Below, one piece after another: positions 7,991-15,592 of a stretch of DNA of 32,000 nt. This DNA is from Geobacter sulfurreducens PCA (GTDB taxonomy: Bacteria; Desulfobacterota; Desulfuromonadia; Geobacterales; Geobacteraceae), in contig NC_002939.5 of NCBI RefSeq assembly GCF_000007985.2, forward strand, positions 3,480,001-3,512,000, read 5' to 3'. Position numbers and translations under genes: made by a program. The notes beneath the pieces are model-generated. The model did no database searches. It worked only from the letters and a program-made list of their open reading frames with translations, and was not told the DNA's origin. How positions within the stretch are numbered: position 1 is the stretch's first letter; every line of letters begins with the position of its first letter.

Positions 7991-9244
7991 ATGAATCCAA
8001 CAATATCATCCATATTACACCAACTTGCCGAGGAGGCAGCGTTTCTTTGGCATCTTCGAGGTGGCATCCTGCAATCTCCGCATTTTTCTCTGAGTGACCT
8101 CGAACGTTTCGATGAACGACTTGAAGCACAGGTCGATGGCTTGCGGGTGGGCGGCGACGCGTCCTGGGAGATATGCCGATCTGCGCTTCCGGGCGACACG
8201 GTCGAAGGACTCTTCGCCCCGGCGGTATTGGCCTTCGAAGGCGTCAACAGTGAGCACCTTCAGCAGGTCATGGACGCGATGGGGACGGATCGGGAGAAGG
8301 CCCGCGCCGTCATTTCCGCACTGGGGTGGCTTCCCTACGAACAGGCCAGGCCGCGCATAGAGCAATTACTGGCAGATGAATCGCCCTTTCATCGCTACAT
8401 CGGCATGGCGGCTTGCGCCATCCACCGGCACGATCCGGGCCCACAGCTGACAAGAGCCGTGAACGATACCTCCCCGTTATTGATGGCCCGCGGGCTCCGT
8501 GCATACGGGGAGTTGGGCAGAGGTTGCGAACTGAATGATTTCAGGCTGCAAGAATACTTGACGGACCACGACGACGAAATCCGTTTTGCCGCCGCATGGT
8601 CCGCGTCCCTTGCGGGCATTGGCACAGCCGTCGGCGTGCTGAGAAGTTTCGTCGCATCCTCATCCCGATATGCCGAGAAAGCCCTGAACGTTTCCGTGCG
8701 GTGCATGCGCCCCGAAAGCGCACGTGCCTGGCAACGGGAGCTCGCTCAATCGTCTGAAACGATCAGATTTGCTGCGATATGCGCGGGGGCTCTGGGCGAT
8801 CCGTCCCTTGTTCCGTGGCTCATCGACCGGATGGATACGCCGACGATCGCACGAGTGGCGGGTGAAGCGCTCACCATGATAACCGGCATCGATATCGAGC
8901 TCGAAGAACTGGCAGGCTCACGGCCCGAAGGCTTCAATGCCGGCCCCACCGATGATCCGAAGGATCTCAATGTGGCCATGGATGCCGATGAAAACCTCCC
9001 CTGGCCCGATGCCGACCGGGTTGCCGCATGGTGGGGCAAGAATAAAGGCCGCTTTCAAAGCGGAACCCGTTACTTTCTCGGGAAGCCGGTCTCGCCTGAA
9101 CATCTCCGGCTGGCTCTCAAAACGGGCCTTCAGCGTCAGCGTGCGGCTGCCGCCCTTGAGCTGGCGCGAATGAATCCTGGGCGACCGATGTTTGAAGTGC
9201 GGGCACCAGCGGCCAGACAGCGCAAAGAGGTTGCGGCCATATGA
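7991..9244 (+). CDS. TIGR02270-family / HEAT-repeat-like protein of unknown function (T6SS vgrG-linked)
   Basis: 417 aa from ATG 7991. The track start at 7850 overlaps the previous gene and encodes R/Q-rich junk. The N-terminus ILHQLAEEAAFLWHLR...FDERLEAQVDGLRV and the helical repeat character match my recollection of TIGR02270, a family noted in Myxococcus, Geobacter sulfurreducens and P. aeruginosa. Its stop overlaps the next start (ATGA at 9241-9244). Confidence 0.7.
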   Translation: MNPTISSILHQLAEEAAFLWHLRGGILQSPHFSLSDLERFDERLEAQVDGLRVGGDASWEICRSALPGDTVEGLFAPAVLAFEGVNSEHLQQVMDAMGTDREKARAVISALGWLPYEQARPRIEQLLADESPFHRYIGMAACAIHRHDPGPQLTRAVNDTSPLLMARGLRAYGELGRGCELNDFRLQEYLTDHDDEIRFAAAWSASLAGIGTAVGVLRSFVASSSRYAEKALNVSVRCMRPESARAWQRELAQSSETIRFAAICAGALGDPSLVPWLIDRMDTPTIARVAGEALTMITGIDIELEELAGSRPEGFNAGPTDDPKDLNVAMDADENLPWPDADRVAAWWGKNKGRFQSGTRYFLGKPVSPEHLRLALKTGLQRQRAAAALELARMNPGRPMFEVRAPAARQRKEVAAI

Positions 9245-10284
9245 GGACCCTGGCGATTACCGGGGCAAGCTGCGTTACTGCCGTAGGGCATGACGGCCCC
9301 TCGACGGCGGCTTCAGTCAGGGCGGGAATCTCCCGCTTTGCCGAGTACGACGACTATCGGGACGAAAACGACAACCCTATCACCGCGGCGCGAATCTGTG
9401 GGATTCATGACAGCTGGGATACCCCCCAGCGGATGGCCGGTGTCGCCGCTCTTTGCCTTGAAAAGCTCCTTGACGAGTATTTTCGTCGAGACGCACGTAG
9501 GCCTTCACAGATCCATCTCTTCCTTGGAGTAGCCTCCGACGAACGGCCCGGTCCGCGCTATGAAGAAAGCAGCCTGTTCCCGTTGCGCGGGATAATCGGG
9601 AAATGGACGGACAAACCCGGCCTTCAGGCTATCCGCCGGGGAAACGCATCCATGATGTGCTCCCTTGAACAGGCCGGTCGCCTGATCGACAGCAATCCCG
9701 ACGCGGTGTGCATCGTCGGCGGAGTTGATTCATTGCTAAGAACCTCGACCCTGAATTGGTTCGAAAAGGACTGCCGCCTCAAATCCGCAAGCTATGGCCG
9801 TCACCAGGGGCTCATTGCCGGAGAGGCGGTCGGGTTCATGGTCATTGGAGAACACGCAGGAGCAAAGCAGGCAGACAGGCCGATCCTCGGGAGTATTGCA
9901 GGGCTTGGGCTGGCAGTAGAACCAGCGCCGCGGGCATCGAGCGCCCTCGGACGAAACAGCGGGCTCACCGAGGCCTGCCATGCCGCCCTGAGCGGGGTGC
10001 AAAAAAAGGCGATCCGCGCGATATTCAGCGATCTCAATGGTGAAAACTCCCGAGCAAGGGAATGGGGCATGGCCGAAATGCGCTGTTTCGACAAACCGGA
10101 TGAAAGCAGGCGGCTCTGGACGCCGGCTAACTGCTACGGCGACATCGGCGCCGCCAGCGGCGTGGCCTTGGCAAGTATTGCCATGCAAGGGCTTGTTCGT
10201 GGATGGTTGCAATCGCCGATACTGGTAACCTGCTCCGATGACCATGGGCCATGCGGTGCCTTGGTATTGGAGAGCGAGAAATAG
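9241..10284 (+). CDS. beta-ketoacyl synthase-like (thiolase-fold) protein, probably catalytically degenerate
   Basis: 347 aa. It has a KS-like N-terminus (LAITGASCVTAVGHDGPSTAASVRAGISRF), a ...VCIVGGVDS segment and the C-terminal pattern TCSDDHGPCGALVLESEK. The canonical Cys/His/His motifs are altered (see findings). Confidence 0.8.
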   Translation: MRTLAITGASCVTAVGHDGPSTAASVRAGISRFAEYDDYRDENDNPITAARICGIHDSWDTPQRMAGVAALCLEKLLDEYFRRDARRPSQIHLFLGVASDERPGPRYEESSLFPLRGIIGKWTDKPGLQAIRRGNASMMCSLEQAGRLIDSNPDAVCIVGGVDSLLRTSTLNWFEKDCRLKSASYGRHQGLIAGEAVGFMVIGEHAGAKQADRPILGSIAGLGLAVEPAPRASSALGRNSGLTEACHAALSGVQKKAIRAIFSDLNGENSRAREWGMAEMRCFDKPDESRRLWTPANCYGDIGAASGVALASIAMQGLVRGWLQSPILVTCSDDHGPCGALVLESEK

Positions 10285-10303
10285 AATCCCCAAGGAGGCG
10301 ATC

Positions 10304-10684
10304 GTGGGAAAATCAACGGTTTTCGTTAACAAACAGGGAATGAGCAACAAAGGGAGTGGAGCTGTTGTCGTAAGCGGTCCGGATGTCTGTCTTACCCCGA
10401 TGGGCACTACAGTCGTACCGATACCCTATACCAACGTCGCCAGATCGGCCAGTCTCGCCGATGGCACAAAGACGGTGAAGATCGACGGCACCATGGGCGC
10501 AATCGATGGGTGCTGCTATAAAAAAAGCAGTGGTGATGAGTCTGGCAGTAAAAAAGGAGTTGGGTCGGGCACGATACAGGACAAGGCCGAGTTCATCAAC
10601 TACTCATTCGATGTCAAGATTGAGGGGAAAGGGGCATGCCGCAACTTCGACCCCATGACGCAGAACAATAAAAACGCCATGTAA
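10304..10684 (+). CDS. DUF4150 PAAR-like spike-cap protein without toxin extension
   Basis: AGGAGG RBS at 10293-10298, then GTG at 10304. The 126-aa product has VFVNKQGMSNKGSGAVVVSGPDVCLTP...PIPYTN...TVKIDG...SSGDE...KGVGSGT...NFDPMTQNNKNA, typical of DUF4150. The protein ends right after the PAAR-like domain. Confidence 0.85.
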   Translation: MGKSTVFVNKQGMSNKGSGAVVVSGPDVCLTPMGTTVVPIPYTNVARSASLADGTKTVKIDGTMGAIDGCCYKKSSGDESGSKKGVGSGTIQDKAEFINYSFDVKIEGKGACRNFDPMTQNNKNAM

Positions 10685-10735
10685 GCACGAGGTTTCCTCG
10701 GCCGCATCGCCACAGTTTTCGGGAGAGCACAAATC

Positions 10736-11113
10736 ATGGGAGTGAACAACGATTCCAATGCCGGGCCGTCGAGCGGCGAGCAGAAAGTTGTGCCCGATAA
10801 ACGGACCTTTCGCCTTAAGGTGGTCGAGTATCTTTCGTGGGACACATGCGATGAGAACAGCCGGACTTTCAAACTCGGTCACGAAGACAACAAACCCATC
10901 GGCGGCAGAGTATTCAAAATCAAGATGCCGGACGGCAGCATCGTTGAAAAGTCTACCGACGAAAAGGGAATAATTGAACTGACTGATCAGGACGCCAATG
11001 CAACGTTCGAAGTCATCTTCGAACCGGAAGAAGCCGCCCTTAACAACAAATACACCCTTTTCTACAACCGGACGGCTGTAGTGCAAACAAAACTCCCTGG
11101 GGACACCCCGTGA
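10736..11113 (+). CDS. hypothetical 125-aa protein, beta-sandwich-like; first gene of a three-gene coupled unit
   Basis: ATG at 10736. The segment GGRVFKIKMPDGSIVEKSTDEKGIIELTDQDANATFEVIF resembles carboxypeptidase-regulatory/prealbumin-like beta-sandwich repeats. Its stop overlaps the next start (GTGA at 11110-11113). I recognise no family. Confidence 0.5.
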   Translation: MGVNNDSNAGPSSGEQKVVPDKRTFRLKVVEYLSWDTCDENSRTFKLGHEDNKPIGGRVFKIKMPDGSIVEKSTDEKGIIELTDQDANATFEVIFEPEEAALNNKYTLFYNRTAVVQTKLPGDTP

Positions 11114-12993
11114 CAGACGCCAGCCACAAGCGAATCGAGGAAAACGATCCCAAGGGAAAGGTTCTCCAGCACGTCAAGCCCGACATGATGTGTGGCGAGA
11201 TCCACACTATCAGCATGTACCAGCCGACCGTCATTGTCGATTCCCACATGCACATTCAGAGCGGGCGCTGTGCCCCCCTGCAGTTCGTCAGGGACCAGGG
11301 GCCGGGCCCAGTGGCCATGCTGCAGACCGCGACTTCCGCCTCCCGGGGATGGATAGAGGGGAGCGGCCTCACCCTTGGCGCCATCTTTACGGCCTTGCTC
11401 GAGCCTGTCTGGGCTCCAGTGCGTGCCGTATCCCAGTTGTTCGACAATTCCCCCCACAATCCTGATGAAGGCATCCTGCAGGCCTCACCCTTAATTGATC
11501 TGGTAGCACAGCAGAAGAAAAAAACCATCGAGGTTGCCGAAGGCTTCATACTGGAGCGCGAGAAGGTTCTAACCAACTACCTCATGAAGGAAGCCCTTTA
11601 CAAGGATGCCCCCCACCTCATCTTCACCAGCGTAGTCATGACCATGGACATGGAGTACTGCCATATTGACGGCTACTTCGGTCTCAAGGTCTACAACCCC
11701 CTCTATACAAACCGAGAAGACATCGAAGCGAACAAGCCCTGCGCCTACTGGACGCCGCAGCATGGCGAGTGGGTAAAGGCCCCGCGCGACAATAGCGTCT
11801 ATGTAAGGCGGGACAAGCAGGCGAATACCTCGGAAAAGCACATGACGCCGGAGGAGTTTGATAGCTACCAGGAAGAGGCACGGATAGAAGGAATAACCGC
11901 CTCCTACCTGGATGACAAAGGCAATGCCAGAGAGGTGAAAATCGTCGCCGCGCCGGTGCTGCTGCCGGACGCGGAGACCGTTCTCTACGAGAACTGGATA
12001 AAGCAGCTGCAATACACCGAGCTTGCCGTCGTGAAATATCCTCTGAAGCTTCTCCCCATGTACCACTTCGATCCGCGCCGCTGGCATCTGGAGAAAAACG
12101 CCACCGAGGTGCTCGACAAGGTTGGAGACAGGGGTATCTACCTGGGGTTCAAGATGTACACCGCCCAGGGGTATCGTCCGTGGGATCCGCGGCTGCCGAT
12201 TCTGAAGGACTTCTACGCCAAATGCTGTCTGCGCGGCACCCCCATCGTGAACCACTGCACCCCGAAAGGGGCTGCCGCCTACGAACGAGATGAATACTTC
12301 GGTTTCGAACACCCCCTCGACGGGGAGAACGACCGGAAACAGAAGCAAGACAAAAGGTCGGCCTACTTCAGCAGGCACTTCGTCTCCCCCCAGGCCTGGA
12401 AGGAACTGCTGGACGGAGGCGCTGAACTGGTGGATGGACGGATGCACGTATCGTTTAAAAACCTGTACCTCTGCCTGGCCCACTTCGGCGGGCCTACCGA
12501 CCTGGGCATGGAATGGAACCGCCAGATTATTGAGATGATCGAAAGCGGGGAATACCCCAACCTCTACACCGACATCTCGTCATCATTCGCCGACAGCGGA
12601 TTTCGCAAGGATTTCAAAGCCATCATCCGGAAGCACCCAAAAATCAAAGACCGCATCCTGTTCGGCACCGACTGGTACATGACCTTCGTCTACAGCGCTC
12701 CCTTCGTGGGCAAGAATCTGTGGGACTACTGCACGGAAACCAAGAAGTTCCTGGATGACTTCGATACCAGCCTCTGGCCGGCCTTCACCCAGTATAACCC
12801 CTACCGCTTCTATCGGCTGGATCAGCAGATTGGACGGATTGCGGAGAACATCATTGAGATGCGGGCGAAAGATAAGAAGATTTTAGAAGTGCTCGATGAA
12901 CTCGAGGAGTATCAAATCAATGAAATTCGTAGAGAAGTTGCCTGGATCAAGTTTGCCAATCACGGCCATGTAATATTCAAGGAGACACCATGA
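11110..12993 (+). CDS. amidohydrolase_2 (ACMSD-type metal-dependent TIM-barrel hydrolase)-like protein with a large insertion; candidate T6SS cargo effector
   Basis: 627 aa. The ordered motif set is VIVDSHMHIQ (HxH, residues 44-48), GFKMYTAQG, PIVNHCTP, LCLAHFGG and ILFGTDWYM (Asp). About 300 residues separate HxH from GFKMY. There is no signal peptide. The start could instead be the internal ATGs (MMCGEIH...). Confidence 0.6.
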   Translation: MTDASHKRIEENDPKGKVLQHVKPDMMCGEIHTISMYQPTVIVDSHMHIQSGRCAPLQFVRDQGPGPVAMLQTATSASRGWIEGSGLTLGAIFTALLEPVWAPVRAVSQLFDNSPHNPDEGILQASPLIDLVAQQKKKTIEVAEGFILEREKVLTNYLMKEALYKDAPHLIFTSVVMTMDMEYCHIDGYFGLKVYNPLYTNREDIEANKPCAYWTPQHGEWVKAPRDNSVYVRRDKQANTSEKHMTPEEFDSYQEEARIEGITASYLDDKGNAREVKIVAAPVLLPDAETVLYENWIKQLQYTELAVVKYPLKLLPMYHFDPRRWHLEKNATEVLDKVGDRGIYLGFKMYTAQGYRPWDPRLPILKDFYAKCCLRGTPIVNHCTPKGAAAYERDEYFGFEHPLDGENDRKQKQDKRSAYFSRHFVSPQAWKELLDGGAELVDGRMHVSFKNLYLCLAHFGGPTDLGMEWNRQIIEMIESGEYPNLYTDISSSFADSGFRKDFKAIIRKHPKIKDRILFGTDWYMTFVYSAPFVGKNLWDYCTETKKFLDDFDTSLWPAFTQYNPYRFYRLDQQIGRIAENIIEMRAKDKKILEVLDELEEYQINEIRREVAWIKFANHGHVIFKETP

Positions 12994-14213
12994 ACTACTT
13001 GAAATGGCTATATTTTACTTTGATCAGCATCATCTTGTTTTCCACAAATGCGATCGCTCATGGAGGTAGTCAAATGGAACCCTCTTATCTGTACGAAATA
13101 CAAGACTTCACATCTGCGCAGTCTCTCGAACCCCGAATTTTCACGATTGGTGGTGGCCTATTCGGCGGCTACCGCAACGTTTCTGTCTTTCCAGTGCCTT
13201 TTGATAATGCTGTGGGAAGCAACGACATGGGCAACGCCATTACCATCATCTCCTTTCCCAAGGGGAAGATCGATTACGACCGCTACTTCCGCAATGCCGC
13301 GGACGACATGAGCGGCGGTGGAGAGTTTGTTTCGCAAACCGCCAAGGATATCCTGGGCTACGGCCAGGTTCGGCGTTTCCTGTTGTTTGACTTCAAAAAG
13401 AAACTGCACCGGGAGTACCGCATAGTGTTTCCAATTACACAATACATTGAAAAAATCGCTCTAGCCGATTCAGAACGCAAACGGTTTCTGTTTGAAATAG
13501 AATCGCAGAAGCGTAATGCCAAAGAACCATTCGATTCAAACAACTTTTTACAATTGATTGATTTGAGTGATGATAAGCACAAGGTAATAAAGGAAGTATT
13601 TAAGCCGGCTGGTACAATATGGACAACTACGAAAGAGAGAGTATTTCTGTACCATATCTTAGAAAAGAAACTTCAAGTTTTCGACATGAAGCTGGAGGTG
13701 GCCCACCATCCGCTGGAGGATGCTCTAAAGCAGTATAAAGACAAAATTGATTTTTCACGAATATATGTTCATCCCCAATTCCCCTTTGCTATTCTTCGCG
13801 GGAAAAAAGGGGCCGTCTATATTGGGTGGGAAAAGAAAAATATACCAGTGCCACATTTGTTGATAAGTGGTGCATCCCAGTTTGTTATCTCGCCAGATGG
13901 TCAATGGGTCGTTTTCAAATATGAACGCACAGGTGCTGCCAAGACCTACCTCATGCCCGTATCCGAAAAATACCCCCATTACCTGGGTTCCCCCATCCTG
14001 CTGGCAGATACGTATTTCGATGAAGGAAAATTCGCCTGGACCACCAACCCGACCGGTTTTGTCGGTTCAAGACTTGACAAGATCTACCACTGGGATTTGG
14101 AAAACCGGGACTTTCCCGAAAAGGGCAAGATGTCGTTCCACGACTACATCGTTAAGAACGATCTGGAAAAGCTGACCAGAGAGAAGAAGCAGGGACTTGG
14201 GAACAAGCATTGA
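12990..14213 (+). CDS. Sec-exported 407-aa protein, beta-propeller-like; candidate immunity protein
   Basis: Its start overlaps the upstream stop (ATGA at 12990-12993). The signal peptide is MNYLKWLYFTLISIILFSTNAIA/HG. An SPDGQWVVFKYERTG motif resembles TolB/WD40-like propeller blades. The gene is strongly AT-rich (22/60 G+C in 13441-13500, against 36/60 in 22081-22140). Confidence 0.55.
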   Translation: MNYLKWLYFTLISIILFSTNAIAHGGSQMEPSYLYEIQDFTSAQSLEPRIFTIGGGLFGGYRNVSVFPVPFDNAVGSNDMGNAITIISFPKGKIDYDRYFRNAADDMSGGGEFVSQTAKDILGYGQVRRFLLFDFKKKLHREYRIVFPITQYIEKIALADSERKRFLFEIESQKRNAKEPFDSNNFLQLIDLSDDKHKVIKEVFKPAGTIWTTTKERVFLYHILEKKLQVFDMKLEVAHHPLEDALKQYKDKIDFSRIYVHPQFPFAILRGKKGAVYIGWEKKNIPVPHLLISGASQFVISPDGQWVVFKYERTGAAKTYLMPVSEKYPHYLGSPILLADTYFDEGKFAWTTNPTGFVGSRLDKIYHWDLENRDFPEKGKMSFHDYIVKNDLEKLTREKKQGLGNKH

Positions 14214-14313
14214 ATGCCGCGACAAGACATTGGCGTATCGTGCGATGGTTCAGGCGTATTGCTGCGTGATGACTGTTTCAACAGCCTGCTGCGATATCAA
14301 CGAGGTAAAAAGT

Positions 14314-14433
14314 ATGGCAAAGACGTTGCGGCTCATCCTGTCCCCTGGTGATCAGCCTGCTCTGGATTATTACGGCCGGTACACTGACCCATCTGCGGTT
14401 GGCGGAAATTGTTGTGGATGCTCTGCAGCATAA
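14314..14433 (+). CDS. possible 39-aa Cys-rich peptide (MAKTLRLILSPGDQPALDYYGRYTDPSAVGGNCCGCSAA)
   Basis: GAGGT at 14302-14306, 7 nt before the ATG. It ends 21 nt before the DUF2169 start. Support is limited to the ORF, the RBS and its position. Confidence 0.25.
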   Translation: MAKTLRLILSPGDQPALDYYGRYTDPSAVGGNCCGCSAA

Positions 14434-14454
14434 CGTTAGAAAGAGACAGACCGG

Positions 14455-15462
14455 ATGGACCTCCTCAACTCCACCCCCTTCGCCGCCACCCCGCTCTTTC
14501 TCTCCGACCGCCACGGCGCCGAAACGCTCCTCGTCATCGTCAAGGGAACGTGGCGGATCAATCGGGACGGAACCCTCTCCGTGGCGGAAGAGCAGGTGCC
14601 AATCCGCTTCGAGCCTCTCTACTCCGGCGATCCCGCCTCATCGAGTCTCATCCACGACACCGACATCATACTGGAAAAGCCGGGGACCGACTGCATCCTC
14701 CTCGGCCACGCCTGGGCGCCAAAGGTGGGAGTCGAGTCGGTGGATGTGACCTTCGCCGTGGGGCCGGTGCGAAAGGCGGTGCGGGTCTTCGGCGAACGGA
14801 TCTGGATGAAGTGCCTGGGAATGGTGTCGATGTCGAGAGCTGCTCCGTTCGAGAAGATTCCCCTCGTCTGGGAGCGGGCCTTCGGGGGGGCGGATACGAG
14901 CTGGCCCGACCCGAAAAACCATGAATTCTGCCTCGAAAATCCGGTGGGTAGGGGCATTCTGGCGAAAAGAACGAAACAGGAGATCGACGGTCTTCGCCTT
15001 CCCAACCTGGAAGACCCGACACATCCCATAAGAAAGACCGACGACCATCCCCGGCCCATGGGGTTCGGGCCGATTCCGCCCCACTGGCAGCCTCGGGCGA
15101 AGTACGCCGGCACCTATGACGATCACTGGCGAAAGTACGTGAACCCCCTCCTGCCGGAGGATATGGATTCGCGCTTCCACTCGTCCGCACCACCGGGCCT
15201 CATGTCAAACCGTCACCTGTCGGGCACGGAACAGGTGCTTGTCGCAAACGCCTCGCGCAACGGCAGGCTGGAATTTACCCTGCCCGGCATCGCACCCCGC
15301 GTCTCGGTGGCGATCGGAGCGACGGTCCATGAACTGAAGATGCAGCTCGATACGCTCATCGTCGAACCGGACGAGGAGCGCCTTGTCCTTGTGTGGCGCG
15401 GAAACCACAATGTTCATGGGAAGCTTCACAGCCTGAAGAGGGTATGTATCGAGGCGAGATGA
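14455..15462 (+). CDS. DUF2169-family T6SS adaptor/chaperone protein
   Basis: 335 aa. The N-terminus LLNSTPFAATPLFLSDRHGAETLLVIVKGTWRI, together with PLVWERAFGG, NPVGRG, LPNLEDP, GFGPIPPHWQPR and LDTLIVEPDEERLVLVWRG, matches DUF2169 architecture as I know it. Confidence 0.85.
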   Translation: MDLLNSTPFAATPLFLSDRHGAETLLVIVKGTWRINRDGTLSVAEEQVPIRFEPLYSGDPASSSLIHDTDIILEKPGTDCILLGHAWAPKVGVESVDVTFAVGPVRKAVRVFGERIWMKCLGMVSMSRAAPFEKIPLVWERAFGGADTSWPDPKNHEFCLENPVGRGILAKRTKQEIDGLRLPNLEDPTHPIRKTDDHPRPMGFGPIPPHWQPRAKYAGTYDDHWRKYVNPLLPEDMDSRFHSSAPPGLMSNRHLSGTEQVLVANASRNGRLEFTLPGIAPRVSVAIGATVHELKMQLDTLIVEPDEERLVLVWRGNHNVHGKLHSLKRVCIEAR

Positions 15463-15533
15463 AAGGTCCCCGCTGACTGGCTGCGAGCGCGTGCAGAGGG
15501 AAAATTCCGGCAAACGGCACGGCTGCGCCGCCA

Positions 15534-15561
15534 TTGACAGCGGTTGTTCCACTGCTACAAT
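15534..15561 (+). promoter_or_regulatory. sigma70-type promoter for the ferredoxin-rubredoxin unit
   Basis: TTGACA (15534-15539), a 16-nt spacer, then TACAAT (15556-15561), about 32 nt upstream of the ferredoxin ATG. Confidence 0.5.
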
Positions 15562-15592
15562 GGACTCCATTCGACACACAAGGAGGCTTCAC

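Noticed and set aside
10238-10303. Upstream extension of the DUF4150 ORF
   Set aside because: It overlaps the 3' end of the KS-like gene. A strong AGGAGG RBS precedes GTG 10304, and the DUF4150 homology begins there.
11569-12483. 304-aa minus-strand ORF inside the putative effector gene
   Set aside because: It is antisense to the 627-aa ORF, which carries the ordered amidohydrolase motifs and is translationally coupled to both neighbours. The antisense product has no features.
14197-14313. Longer 78-aa version of the small Cys-rich ORF
   Set aside because: It overlaps the end of the 407-aa gene and has no RBS. Only the internal ATG at 14314 has a Shine-Dalgarno sequence. Even that shorter ORF is reported with low confidence.
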